Positions 9,607 to 19,707 of a DNA stretch of 64,000 nt are shown one piece after another. The DNA comes from Candidatus Delongbacteria bacterium. Lineage in GTDB: Bacteria; CAIWAD01. The translations under genes and the position numbers were made by a program. The stretch is from assembly GCA_963663545.1 (NCBI GenBank), contig OY760505.1, positions 1,312,001 through 1,376,000 of the forward strand. The letters are read 5' to 3'. The notes beneath the pieces are model-generated. The model was not told the DNA's origin, searched no databases, and saw nothing but the letters and a program-made list of their open reading frames with translations. The stretch's first letter is position 1, and every line of letters begins with the position of its first letter.

Positions 9607-9636
9607 CGCGTGACACAAGCTGATCCATCGTGTCAC

Positions 9637-9669
9637 AAAAACGAGAAGGCCCCGCGCAATGGCGGAGCC
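9637..9669 (-). terminator. Intrinsic terminator after the lipoprotein gene
   Basis: Minus strand GGCTCCGC-cattgc-GCGGGGCC then TTCTCGTTTTT. Confidence 0.55.
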
Positions 9670-9700
9670 CACCCGGTCGAGAACTGTGGATGGAAAGCAA

Positions 9701-11032
9701 TTAGTTGCTGACGTTGGTCGTCCAGCTGGCAGCCCAGTTTGTGCTGCCAAAGGCGCCGATGTAAGTAGCGCTGGCATCAAAGAAGCCGTCGCTCGGCGGA
9801 GTGGCACCGGTCTGGGAATTGGTCGGTACCAGATTCGGACTAGTGACATCAGTGCTCATCAGGCCAGGGTTCACATCAAAGTGATTGTGCGTGTTCATGG
9901 TCTGCACAAAGTCTGCAGTGGTAAAGGGCATGTCGGCATCGTCGTCGGCCACCAATGCAGTGTTGCTGTAGAAGATGCAGTTGTCGACGACCAGATTGCC
10001 ATTCAGTGCGCTACCATCCCAGGCGTTCATGAAAGTCGCTTCGTGGTCCACATCAATGGCGGCCTCACCCATGTTGGTGATGATCGCATTTTGTATCACG
10101 GCTCCGGTACCTTCACGCAGTAGCATACCAATGTCCGACATCCCCGTCGTGCTCTGGGCGGCGCCCAGAATGGTCACGTTGTACAGGGTCGGGAAACTGC
10201 GCGGAGTCGCGTCGTTGTCCTCGGCGTTGTTGTCCGCCTCAATACCCTGGTCACCTGCGTCCGGATGCTGAAGCAGCGCAACAAACTGCGCTTTGCCCTG
10301 CCAGCCATCGGTCCAGTCAAAACAGTCGTCGGCGCAACCGCTGATCAGCACGTGCTTGACGCACACGGTGCCGCCAAAGAACTCGACGCCATCATCCTTG
10401 CCCTTGTGTACCTGAATGTAATCCACTGTAGTGCCGTCGCCGACTCCCTGGAAGGCGATGCCGTTCAGCTCGTTGTCCGGGCTGATTTCACGGCCCGCGA
10501 ACTCAACGCGCACGTACTTCAGGACGCCGCTGTTGTCGTGGGGCAGTGCACCGCCATAGCTTCCCGTTCCACCTTCACCGTAGGCCTCCTCGCCGGAGTT
10601 CAACGGAGCTTGTCCGTTGATGATCAGACCACCCCAGTCACTGCGAGTGCGGGAACCGACGGCCTTGTCGCTGGTGAAGACGATCGGTGCGCTGGCAGTG
10701 CCCTCGGCCATGATCTTTGATCCACGATTGATCACCAGCATGCCATTAGTGGAAGACTCGCCGTAGATCACGGTGCCGGGCTCAATGGTGAGCACAGCCG
10801 GGACACTCATGTCGGGGCTGCCAATGAAAACGCCACCGCGCAGCAGATATTCGTTATCTGCAGTCAGGGTCATGTTATCAACATACGTGCCCTGCAAGAC
10901 CACGACCTCGTCGTTGCTTCCTGTAGTGTTGTTGTTGTCATCATCGTCGTCGCTGCAACCCGCCAGACCGATTGTCAATCCGAGGACTGTGCCGGCCAAC
11001 AAGAAACGCAGGAACCAATCAGACTTCTTCAT
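9701..11032 (-). CDS. Outer-membrane lipoprotein with beta-helix-like body, TonB-dependent receptor partner
   Basis: Lipobox LAGC plus acidic linker; motifs LTIEPGT, PIVFTS, DWGGL, DNSGVLKYVRVEFAG, DDGVEFFGG. Confidence 0.8.
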   Translation of the reverse strand: MKKSDWFLRFLLAGTVLGLTIGLAGCSDDDDDNNNTTGSNDEVVVLQGTYVDNMTLTADNEYLLRGGVFIGSPDMSVPAVLTIEPGTVIYGESSTNGMLVINRGSKIMAEGTASAPIVFTSDKAVGSRTRSDWGGLIINGQAPLNSGEEAYGEGGTGSYGGALPHDNSGVLKYVRVEFAGREISPDNELNGIAFQGVGDGTTVDYIQVHKGKDDGVEFFGGTVCVKHVLISGCADDCFDWTDGWQGKAQFVALLQHPDAGDQGIEADNNAEDNDATPRSFPTLYNVTILGAAQSTTGMSDIGMLLREGTGAVIQNAIITNMGEAAIDVDHEATFMNAWDGSALNGNLVVDNCIFYSNTALVADDDADMPFTTADFVQTMNTHNHFDVNPGLMSTDVTSPNLVPTNSQTGATPPSDGFFDASATYIGAFGSTNWAASWTTNVSN

Positions 11033-11107
11033 CGCTTCTTCTTTCCTTTCCTATCCGCTTCATCACACATGTATCACGCCGTGTGACGCGGTTATTGTGA
11101 CCTTGTG

Positions 11108-13903
11108 TTACAGTTTGTAAGAGCAGCCGATACTCCACGTGACCCCCTCGCGATAGCTCTCAGTAGCTCGTCCGCCCTGTTCATAGCGATGCTCCGGGTT
11201 GAGCACATTCCCCACACCCAACTTCATGCTGAGCTTTTCGCCAAAGGGCTGACGCATGCTGACATCCAGCTGGGGCGCAGGCATTTCGTAGACATCCGGC
11301 AGCGGCTTCGCACCAACTTCGGCGATGCGTTTGCCAAAGGTGTGGAAGAACACATCCACCTGAGTGCCCAGCGTCGAACTCACGTACGACAGATTCACGT
11401 TGAAGAGGTAGGGTGATTGCCCCGCCAAGGGTCGCTTGCTCGAGGTCTGGATGTTCTTGGTGGAATCGCTCAGCGCGATCTCGCTATGCAGGAGCGATAG
11501 ATTGGTGTTCAGGGAGAAAGGCATCAACAGGCGATCCAGCCCTAGCCCCAGCGGAAGATTGCCCAGATGCTGACGCCATTCCAACTCGACGCCGTAGTTA
11601 TAGGCTTCGTCCGCATTCTCGTAGCTCACCCGGTTCTGCGCAGTCGGTTGGATCACGGTTTCGATGGGTTTGATGAACTGCTTCACAAAGACACTGGCCG
11701 ACATCAGATCGCCTGCGGCAAAGCGCCTTTCCGCGCGAAGGTCGGCGTGGCGAATCAGGGCGCGTTCGAGCTCTGGATTTCCAATAACTGCATGACCGCC
11801 AATGATGTCCGTGTATTCGAACTCGCTCATTTCGCGAAAGTCAGGGCGTGATACAGTCTGGCTGATAGCGAGACGCAGATTTGTATCACGGTTGACCTGG
11901 TACGTTAGATTAAGGGCGGGAAGCAGGTCTCCATTCGCGATTTCTGAACTAACCGGCGTGGAAGTAGCGGTGAAGAGCTCGTAGGATTTCACCAGCTGCC
12001 TGGAATACTCATAACGCACACCAACATTACAGCGCAGTCTCTGCCCCAGACCAAAATCAGTCATCGCATAGCCCGCGTAGAGATCCTGATCGGCTTCGTA
12101 GCTGTCCGTTGGGCGCGTTGCCTCACGTACTAGGAAGCCCTCATTGTCGATGTTCTCATCTACAAAAATGCTGTTGGGGGACTGCGTCAAGTCTATTGAG
12201 CTGCCGTCGCGGATCTCGAACTGAAAGAAGCGCGACTCCGCATCTCGACGACGAATCAGTCCGGCAGCTCCTGTCTTGAGGCTGAAGTCGGCGTCTTCAC
12301 TAATGCGAAGAGTCAGATCCAAACTGCCGTTGAAGGAATTGTCGCTCAGATTGTTGTAGATGCGAGATCCGGACTGTGTCTCATCGGCGAAGTAGTAGGT
12401 GCCGTCTTCATCTTCCTGGTATTGATACTCGCGCGTATCCGGCTCGTAGCGTGTTCCGTGCGAACCCGATACCATCCAGTCGATGTTGCTGTGATGCACT
12501 GCCGGCAACACATGATGGCCGGATACCTGACCACTGGCCACTGAGTTGGCAACAAAGCGAAGTCGTGTATCACGAATGTTCGCCTGACGATCTCCGTTGA
12601 AGCCCTCGAAGAAGCGAGTTTCATTCTGCGCATCACGGTTGTAAAAAACATTGGCGCGATAGTTCGACCAGGCGTCGTTTTCCCAGGTGAAGGCCAGAAG
12701 CCCACCCAACACAGCTTCCTGGGTGTAGGAACGAAAATCGTAGTGATGCTGCAGCTCAATGGCGCTGTTGTAGCCACCCTTGTATACGTTGCGCTCTGTA
12801 GCACGAAAGCGCTCTTTGTACTTGTAAAGCCCGGTGGCCAGCACATTGACCTCTTGGCCAAATGCGGAAAAGACACTGCCACAGGAAAGGTTCGCGTTCA
12901 CATCCGGGCTGGCCGTTCCGGATTCAGGCTCCCAGTTGTTGTCAAAGGACTCGCTGATCACTTCGAGCTCGTCGGCAGTGTATCCTATTGTGGAAAACTG
13001 GCCGCGCTCGACGATGTTGGTCGTCGCCCCCTCGACAGCGTCAGGCAGGCTGCGTGTTCCATCGTCGAATCCCAGGAAATCAAAAGCTCCGCCACTATAG
13101 CCATAATCGCCGCCGAAGGTTACACCACTCTGCCCCCCCGTTGCCATGCTGAAGGACAGTCGAGGTTTGTTTCCCAGATCCCAGGTGTTCATGTTCACGC
13201 GACCGCCGCCAAACTCACCGCCCTGATCCGCCGAGTAGGCTTTGCTAACCGTCAACTGGCTCATCAGCGAGGCGGGAAACAGCTCCAGTGATACACTGCT
13301 GCGATTCGGTTCTGTCCCCGATACGGCCGCATTGTTCAGTGTAACCTTGCTGTAGCGGACGCCCATGCCGCGTATCACGGGATCGCCCTCGGTGATCGCC
13401 ACACCGGCGGTTCGTCTCACGGCTCCGGAGACGTCAGCGTCCGGCATACGGGCAAGTTCTTCGCCACCAACGGCCTCAATGATGACCGATGAGCGCATGC
13501 GATCGTCCAGACTGGCTTCGGCGCTTCCCTTTGGCGCATTGGCGCGTATCACAACTTCTTCAAGCGCAATGGAGCTGGCCTGTAACACAAGTCGAACTGC
13601 GAGCTCGGCATTTCGGTCCGTGATTCGCAGATCGCGCGCACCTGGAGAGTCGTAGCCGACCATGGTCGCAGTGAGTTTGTAATCGCCTTCAGGCAAATTC
13701 ATCACGATGTAACGACCGTCCAGATCCGTAGCGGAGCCAAACGAACGGCTTCCGGCTAAAGGTGTGAGAAGCACGTTAGCCCCCATCAAGGGCTGGCCTT
13801 CCTGATCCACAACGCTTCCGGAAATGGTTGCTGCCTGCAGGGTGGCGGCAGTCAGCATAAACAGCAGAATCGTCCAAACACAGCAGAGCTTGTAGCGCTT
13901 CAT
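11108..13903 (-). CDS. TonB-dependent receptor with N-terminal carboxypeptidase-regulatory-like domain
   Basis: ATG 13903 after GAGG; signal peptide; 'ATDLDGRY', TonB box-like EEVVIRA, plug IRGMG.RY, 'GNPEL', barrel end 'IGCSYKL'. Confidence 0.9.
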   Translation of the reverse strand: MKRYKLCCVWTILLFMLTAATLQAATISGSVVDQEGQPLMGANVLLTPLAGSRSFGSATDLDGRYIVMNLPEGDYKLTATMVGYDSPGARDLRITDRNAELAVRLVLQASSIALEEVVIRANAPKGSAEASLDDRMRSSVIIEAVGGEELARMPDADVSGAVRRTAGVAITEGDPVIRGMGVRYSKVTLNNAAVSGTEPNRSSVSLELFPASLMSQLTVSKAYSADQGGEFGGGRVNMNTWDLGNKPRLSFSMATGGQSGVTFGGDYGYSGGAFDFLGFDDGTRSLPDAVEGATTNIVERGQFSTIGYTADELEVISESFDNNWEPESGTASPDVNANLSCGSVFSAFGQEVNVLATGLYKYKERFRATERNVYKGGYNSAIELQHHYDFRSYTQEAVLGGLLAFTWENDAWSNYRANVFYNRDAQNETRFFEGFNGDRQANIRDTRLRFVANSVASGQVSGHHVLPAVHHSNIDWMVSGSHGTRYEPDTREYQYQEDEDGTYYFADETQSGSRIYNNLSDNSFNGSLDLTLRISEDADFSLKTGAAGLIRRRDAESRFFQFEIRDGSSIDLTQSPNSIFVDENIDNEGFLVREATRPTDSYEADQDLYAGYAMTDFGLGQRLRCNVGVRYEYSRQLVKSYELFTATSTPVSSEIANGDLLPALNLTYQVNRDTNLRLAISQTVSRPDFREMSEFEYTDIIGGHAVIGNPELERALIRHADLRAERRFAAGDLMSASVFVKQFIKPIETVIQPTAQNRVSYENADEAYNYGVELEWRQHLGNLPLGLGLDRLLMPFSLNTNLSLLHSEIALSDSTKNIQTSSKRPLAGQSPYLFNVNLSYVSSTLGTQVDVFFHTFGKRIAEVGAKPLPDVYEMPAPQLDVSMRQPFGEKLSMKLGVGNVLNPEHRYEQGGRATESYREGVTWSIGCSYKL

Positions 13904-13976
13904 TTCGACCTCGCATTCCACAGTTCCTGGCAACTCCGGGTTGACGGCCCGGACGCGCTCAAGGTGCGGGGAGGTC

Positions 13977-14014
13977 GTGAGGCTGTGGTTAACTGAACAT
14001 TAGAGTTGCGCTAA
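13977..14014 (-). promoter_or_regulatory. Candidate Pho box (11-bp phased direct repeats) upstream of the TonB-dependent receptor
   Basis: Minus-strand units TTAGC, CTAAT, TTAAC, CTCAC at an exact 11-bp period (plus coordinates 14010, 13999, 13988, 13977); PhoB-like gene nearby. Confidence 0.4.
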
Positions 14015-14028
14015 ACCGTGCTCACTTG

Positions 14029-14057
14029 AAAATAAAACGGGCACCCGAAGGTGCCCG
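14029..14057 (-). terminator. Intrinsic terminator
   Basis: Minus strand CGGGCACC-TTCG-GGTGCCCG followed by TTTTATTTT. Confidence 0.85.
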
Positions 14058-14086
14058 CTGAAAGCCGTCTAATACGACTCGGACGG

Positions 14087-15796
14087 TTAGCGAACCAGCA
14101 GCAGCTTCTGGCAAGCTGTCTGATTGCCGCTCTCCAGTACCGCAAGATAGACGCCCGAGGCAACACCAGTGGCCTGCCAGGTCACCTGGTGCGAACCGGC
14201 GGTCAAATGACCCTGGCTCAGAGTCTCGACAAGCTGACCCTGGACATTGTAGATGGCCAAGTTGGCATCGCCCGACATGGGCAGATGGAAGTTCAGCGTC
14301 GTGCTCGGGTTGAAGGGGTTGGGATAGCTAGCCAGTTCAAGGCCACCGGGAACCAGCGTGCGAGTCTCGACGCCCGTGCCGTCCTCTACATCAATGGTGA
14401 AGCACCAGTTGCCCTCGGCACCAGCAGAAGCAGCCGTACGCCACTCAATCTCGTCACCGGAGGTGATGACATTGTTGTCATTGAAAGCGTAATCAGTATC
14501 AATGTCCATGTACAGATAATTTCCGGGGCCCTTGGTGAAACCAACAGCAAAGGCTTCAGTGATGTACACGGCAGGATCGAGCTCCAAGGTCAGCCACGCA
14601 CTCTCGAGTGCATCGAAGGTCGTTGAGAACACTTCGTTGTCGGGATCGGGCATGCCGTTCTCGTCGAGGTACCAGATGCTGAAATCAATGTCGGCTTCGG
14701 CCTCGCTGAATACCATGTAAACAGCAGAGACGGCCAGCGGATAGGCACCGGGATCAAAAGTGGAAGCTGCACCCCAATCGGTAGTGGTGAAGCCGAGGGC
14801 GGTCTCAAGCTGATCGTCCATCCAGGTCAGCGTAGCGGGCAGACCAATGAGCACATCAGAAGCATCAGAAATGCCCATGTTGGCATCGTCGGAATTATCT
14901 GTGGCCATGATGTAGAAACTCAACACAACGCCATTGGAGAGAACATCCGCAGGAATCTGAGCCGTGTAAAGGTTATCACCTTCAGGCATCATGTTGATCG
15001 TGGTTTCGCTACCAAAGTTGACAGAGTATACTAGATCAGCGCTGGCAACACCGCTAACATCGGTGATGGTCGCCGCCACATTGACGGGCAGAGTGGGATC
15101 AAGGTGGAAACGAACAGGAACCGTTGCAATTACCGGCGGCACAGTATCGCTGGCAGAACCATAGATCAGCACATCATCAATACCGGCGCCGAAGGACCAG
15201 TTGCCCTCGTCATAATAATGGAAGCCGACTTCCAGCGAGGTGGCGTCGACATAATCGCTGAGGTCCACCGTCAAGTCTTCCCAGGCGCCTGTTCCGTCGC
15301 CATCGCCAAACTCGACCAGGGCTACCCAGTCGCCACCATCGGCACGAACGCAGATGTCCAGATAGTCATCCCAGTCGGAGGGATTGGTCGCGTTGGTCGC
15401 AAAGAGAATCGCGCAATCCATGAACATGAACAGAGCACCATTGGGCGCAAAAGATGGCGAGATCAGCCAAGTGTCGAACTCAGCACCATCACCGGCAAAA
15501 TCCGAATTGCAGTAGGCGAAATCGGTGTGATCGTCGAACTCGAAATAGGTGGAAGAACCGGCGTCGTCGGCGTCGCCAACTTCCCACTCATAGGAGTTGA
15601 TGGCTTCGACGGTCCAAGTACCAAGACCGGACTCGAAATCCTGCACCACAAAATCCTCATCGACATTGTGCTGCGGGCGAGGTGCCTTGTTTGAGGGAGC
15701 AATTTCCATGCGATCAGCCATCGGCATCTTCGCGGCCTGTGCGGTCGCCGCCAGGCAAAGGCCCAGCATGAAGAAACGGTTGAAACTTGATTTCAT
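14087..15796 (-). CDS. Secreted acidic protein with cleaved-adhesin/MAM-like domain and T9SS type A C-terminal sorting domain
   Basis: Signal peptide; QDFE.G...W, DTWLISP, GIDDV; C-terminus YPNPFNPST...IYNVQGQLV...ASGVY...KLLLVR. Confidence 0.8.
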   Translation of the reverse strand: MKSSFNRFFMLGLCLAATAQAAKMPMADRMEIAPSNKAPRPQHNVDEDFVVQDFESGLGTWTVEAINSYEWEVGDADDAGSSTYFEFDDHTDFAYCNSDFAGDGAEFDTWLISPSFAPNGALFMFMDCAILFATNATNPSDWDDYLDICVRADGGDWVALVEFGDGDGTGAWEDLTVDLSDYVDATSLEVGFHYYDEGNWSFGAGIDDVLIYGSASDTVPPVIATVPVRFHLDPTLPVNVAATITDVSGVASADLVYSVNFGSETTINMMPEGDNLYTAQIPADVLSNGVVLSFYIMATDNSDDANMGISDASDVLIGLPATLTWMDDQLETALGFTTTDWGAASTFDPGAYPLAVSAVYMVFSEAEADIDFSIWYLDENGMPDPDNEVFSTTFDALESAWLTLELDPAVYITEAFAVGFTKGPGNYLYMDIDTDYAFNDNNVITSGDEIEWRTAASAGAEGNWCFTIDVEDGTGVETRTLVPGGLELASYPNPFNPSTTLNFHLPMSGDANLAIYNVQGQLVETLSQGHLTAGSHQVTWQATGVASGVYLAVLESGNQTACQKLLLVR

Positions 15797-16049
15797 CACG
15801 AACTCCGTATCTGATAAAGTGTTCTCAAAATGACAGCCCCCTACGACGAGGGATGCGTCAACTGGTTTCGTAGAAAGTTAAAATACCTAATGCAGGACAA
15901 ACCACGAGACCAAGCGGATTTCAATGCAAAAGCCGTACCGGGAACCCGCAGCAGGCATAGCGGTTTTTATTAGCTTCCTATCAGGAGGTAATACTACCTT
16001 CAAGAGTTATGGCGAGCCAAACTATCCACGCCAACATGTAGGATCTGCT

Positions 16050-16496
16050 ATGTCCCAGCAAAACCCCGAGCCTCTGGACCTGAGCCCAAGTCAGGAAATG
16101 TATCTCAAAACCATTTACCTGCTTTGCCAGGAGCAAAAGGTGGCACGCGTCAAAGACATCGCTGCACAACTGAATGTAACGATGTCTTCAGTAAACGGTG
16201 CCATTAAAGGTCTGGTTGCCAGGAATTACTGCGTGCACACACGCTACGGATACGTCGATCTGACAACCGAAGGTGAAGAGTTGGCGAAAACAGTCATTGG
16301 CCGCTTTGAAGTTATCGTTGGCTTTCTGCACGAATTCCTGGGCGTAGACGAGGACACGGCCAGCCACGATGCTTGCGAAATGGAACATATCGTCTCGCCA
16401 ATGACCCTCGATCGCATCGTCAAACTGCAGAAGCTGATTGAAGAGCGCAGCGAAGGCAAGGAATTCCGTCGTCTTTTCCGCTCAACTGTCGACTAA
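16050..16496 (+). CDS. DtxR/MntR-family metal-dependent transcriptional regulator
   Basis: S.EMYLKTIY, ARVKDIA..LNV..SSV, YGYV.LT..G, DACEMEH. Confidence 0.9.
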   Translation: MSQQNPEPLDLSPSQEMYLKTIYLLCQEQKVARVKDIAAQLNVTMSSVNGAIKGLVARNYCVHTRYGYVDLTTEGEELAKTVIGRFEVIVGFLHEFLGVDEDTASHDACEMEHIVSPMTLDRIVKLQKLIEERSEGKEFRRLFRSTVD

Positions 16497-16582
16497 AGTC
16501 TGCTAAGAAAGCACAACACTCGCCACGGCTTGTCAGAAATACGAGGCGAGTGTCTGCATTTTCAGCGAGGTGCGGCCAAGGC

Positions 16583-17068
16583 TTACTCACTATGTTGACG
16601 GGACTCGGCAAGAGCAGGAGCGAGTCTTCGCGCCAACTCCTCCAGAAAAGAGCGATCTGCAGCTGTGAACGCTGCCGCCAGCCAGCTATCCAGGTCCAAC
16701 TCGCCGATTAACACAGCCTCGTGATACACAGGAATGACAATTTCAGACTTCACGCGAAGGCTGCACGCCAAGTAGTTGTCTGCCGCATTAACATCGTCAA
16801 CAACGAAAGTAGTCCCTGTCTGCGCCGCCTGACCACAGATCCCCTGACCGAACTCAATGCATGTGTGATCCGTCGGCTCACCTGCAAAAGGCCCCAGTAC
16901 AAGTCGCTGAGACCGGGTCGGATCTACCAGATAGAATCCGACCCAGTCGTAATGGCCCACTTCCTGCTGCAACAGATCCACCACTGGCTGCAAAATGTCG
17001 GCGCTACCCTTCACAAGTAGCTCCTCCAGACGCTCAGCGGCCTCCTTGCTCAGGATTTGGTGACTCAT
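16583..17068 (-). CDS. msrC: GAF-domain protein, free methionine-R-sulfoxide reductase-like
   Basis: WVGFY, LGPF.G, I.FGQGICG.AA, NYLACS, SEIVIPV, GELDLDS. Confidence 0.75.
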   Translation of the reverse strand: MSHQILSKEAAERLEELLVKGSADILQPVVDLLQQEVGHYDWVGFYLVDPTRSQRLVLGPFAGEPTDHTCIEFGQGICGQAAQTGTTFVVDDVNAADNYLACSLRVKSEIVIPVYHEAVLIGELDLDSWLAAAFTAADRSFLEELARRLAPALAESRQHSE

Positions 17069-17457
17069 GCCTGCACCACGTTAATCCGCATCTCAGGCTG
17101 CGACATTATGGTTTTCTTGACTGCGCAGCTGGCAGCAGCACGGGCAACTGCGTCGTGATACTTCTCGGGGAACCCCGCAGGAACGGTGATCTCGGTTGTG
17201 AACTGAACGCGGCCATCGGGACCGGCCGCCGCCACAACACTCACACCAAGGCCTTCCATGGGCAGTTCCCGCTGCTCACAGAAGCGCTGCACATACAGGC
17301 CAGCGCAAGTCGCCAGCGAAGCGACAAAGAGCTCGTAAGGGGCAGGTGCACTGTCTTCGCCTCCCGCACGCGTTGCTTGATCCGTCAGGATCAAGTGATG
17401 ACGGACTTTGCTGTTCACTTTGAGTCCACCTGCGAATTCCACATCAGCTTGTATCAT
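17065..17457 (-). CDS. OsmC family protein
   Basis: TDQ....GGE...P.P.ELF.ASLATC; second Cys in CAVKKT; ATGA-type overlap with the next gene. Confidence 0.85.
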   Translation of the reverse strand: MIQADVEFAGGLKVNSKVRHHLILTDQATRAGGEDSAPAPYELFVASLATCAGLYVQRFCEQRELPMEGLGVSVVAAAGPDGRVQFTTEITVPAGFPEKYHDAVARAAASCAVKKTIMSQPEMRINVVQA

Positions 17458-17516
17458 TTCTTCCTCGAAGTTTTGACAAGAGAAAACAACCTACCTCTTT
17501 CAATTGCTAGTGTCAA

Positions 17517-19541
17517 CTATTTACTGCTGTCAAATTGATAATGTTCCACAATGCTATCGCAGATCTGTCCAGCATCCAAGCCAAGCTTCTTGAAGATCTC
17601 GCCAGCAGGCGCACTCATACCAAAGCGATCCACGCCTATAACAAGGCCCGCTTCGCCAACGCGGTGATACCAAGGATCACTGACACCAGCTTCTATGGCC
17701 ACACGGCGCTTGCAACTGGGCGGAATAACGCCCTCACGATATTGCGGCAACTGTCGATCAAAGCGCTCCAAACACGGCAGACTGACAATGCGAACGGCAT
17801 CCACACCGCGCTCCTTCAGTAGATCAGCCACTTGTACAGCCAGAGCGACCTCGCTACCGGAAGCCATCAACAGCAGCTCCGGCTGCTCAGACCCGGCGCG
17901 TAGCACATACCCACCCTTGGATGCTCCTGTGCGCCGTTCAGCAACGGGCAGCTCTTCCAGCAAGGGTAAGGCCTGGCGGGAAAGCGCCAACACTGCCGGG
18001 CCTTCTTGGCGGTCAAAGGCCGCAAGCACAGAGCCTACGGTTTCTTCGGCGTCCGCCGGACGATGAACCTCAAGGTTGGGTATCAATCGTAGACTGCTGA
18101 TGGTCTCCACCGGTTGATGAGTGGGTCCATCTTCGCCAACGCCGATGGAGTCGTGAGTCAGATAGTAGACCACGGGTAGATGCGAGAGCGCCGCCATACG
18201 AATCGCCGGACGCAGATAATCCGCAAAAACCAGGAAAGTCGCCCCGTGCTGGTGATACAAGCCGTGATACGCAAAACCATTGAGCATGGCGCCCATGGCG
18301 TGCTCGCGAACTCCTACGCGCAGATTGCGCCCCGTCGGTGTATCACGACCGAAGTCACCACCGTCCTTCAGGTAATTCTGGTTGCTACCGTACAAGTCGG
18401 CGCTCATGCCGATGAGCTGCGGGACCTCGCGCATCAACTCCTGCAGAACCTGGCCAGCAGCGGCGCGGGTAGCCAGAGATTTCCCGCTGGGGAAGTCCGG
18501 AATGCGAGCGGCAAAATTGCTGGGGAATTTGCGCTTGATACCTGCATCCAACTCAGCAGCCAGGTGCGGATTGTTCAGGCGCCAGCCAACCTGATAGCCT
18601 TCCCAGGCCTTTCGCGCATCACGCAGTTTCTCGACGCGCGTTGCAAAGAAGTCACGGACTTCCTGTGATACATAGAAGCGCTCTTCTGGCAACCCGAGCG
18701 CTTTGCGCGCGGACTCGGCGAACTTGGTTCCGCCTTCGCCGTGCCCCTTGGGTGTGCCAGCGACTTCAGGAATACCTCGCGCGATTTCGGTGCGAGCCAT
18801 GATCAACTGCGGACGCCCGCTGTTTGTAGTACGCGCCTTGTGATACGCAGAGCAAAAAGCCTCGATGTCGTGACCGTCAACATCCTGCACATCCCAACCG
18901 ACGGCCCGGAAGCGAGCGGCTGTATCACGGCTCTGGCTCGCATCAAGAGGCGCATCCAGCGTGATACCGTTGGCGTCGTGAATCAGGATCAGGTTATCCA
19001 GCCCAAGGTGGCCTGCCAGCTCCGTAGCCTCAAGTGCCACGCCCTCCTGCAGGCAGCCGTCTCCGGCCAATACAACAACACGATAATCCAGCAGTTGCTC
19101 TTCGTCCTCTGGATCGTTGAAGCGCGCGGCGGTCATTCTGGCGGCCACAGCCATACCAACGGCGTTAGCGACACCTTGTCCCAGCGGGCCGGTGGTTGCT
19201 TCCACTCCGGGAGTCATGCCGAATTCCGGGTGGCCGGGCGTGCGACTGTCCAGCTTGCGGAAGTCCTTGATGTCATCAAGGCTCAGGTCGTAGCCAGCTA
19301 GGTGCAGCCAGGCATAAAGGAACATGCTGCCGTGCCCGGCGGACAGGACAAAACGATCGCGATTCAGCCAGCGTGGATCGGCAGGATCAAAACGGAGCAG
19401 CTCGCCAAAGAGGGCAGCCCCTACTTCCGCAGCGCCAAGCGGCAATCCCAGATGTCCCGAAGAACAGCCGTCGATAGCATCAATCGCCAGTCCGCGCGCG
19501 ATTTTCGCCGCAGCAGCAAGTTCGGTCACATGTGCAGTCAT
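17517..19541 (-). CDS. tkt: Transketolase
   Basis: SGHLGLPLG, RDRFVLSAGH, TPGHPE, TTGPLGQG, GDGCLQEG, GVREHAM, THDSIGVGEDGPTHQPVE. Confidence 0.97.
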   Translation of the reverse strand: MTAHVTELAAAAKIARGLAIDAIDGCSSGHLGLPLGAAEVGAALFGELLRFDPADPRWLNRDRFVLSAGHGSMFLYAWLHLAGYDLSLDDIKDFRKLDSRTPGHPEFGMTPGVEATTGPLGQGVANAVGMAVAARMTAARFNDPEDEEQLLDYRVVVLAGDGCLQEGVALEATELAGHLGLDNLILIHDANGITLDAPLDASQSRDTAARFRAVGWDVQDVDGHDIEAFCSAYHKARTTNSGRPQLIMARTEIARGIPEVAGTPKGHGEGGTKFAESARKALGLPEERFYVSQEVRDFFATRVEKLRDARKAWEGYQVGWRLNNPHLAAELDAGIKRKFPSNFAARIPDFPSGKSLATRAAAGQVLQELMREVPQLIGMSADLYGSNQNYLKDGGDFGRDTPTGRNLRVGVREHAMGAMLNGFAYHGLYHQHGATFLVFADYLRPAIRMAALSHLPVVYYLTHDSIGVGEDGPTHQPVETISSLRLIPNLEVHRPADAEETVGSVLAAFDRQEGPAVLALSRQALPLLEELPVAERRTGASKGGYVLRAGSEQPELLLMASGSEVALAVQVADLLKERGVDAVRIVSLPCLERFDRQLPQYREGVIPPSCKRRVAIEAGVSDPWYHRVGEAGLVIGVDRFGMSAPAGEIFKKLGLDAGQICDSIVEHYQFDSSK

Positions 19542-19645
19542 GATCCTGTCTTTCTCTTGTGGGTGATCCCGGAACGGCCATTCTCCGGGAGTTGCGATGC
19601 TTTGTGATACAAGGAAGCTACAAGTTAGAAATCATTCGTCTTAGC

Positions 19646-19668
19646 AGAAACGCCCACCAGGGTGGGCG
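19646..19668 (-). terminator. Possible intrinsic terminator of the che operon
   Basis: Minus strand CGCCCAC-cctg-GTGGGCG followed by TTTCT. Confidence 0.5.
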
Positions 19669-19707
19669 CATATGGCGAGGTTCATGGGATCGCATGTATC
19701 ACGGGAA

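Noticed and set aside
11071..11111. Second Pho box upstream of the lipoprotein gene
   Set aside because: The GTAAC/GTCAC units are spaced 10 and 14 bp rather than 11, and partly coincide with the iterated motif
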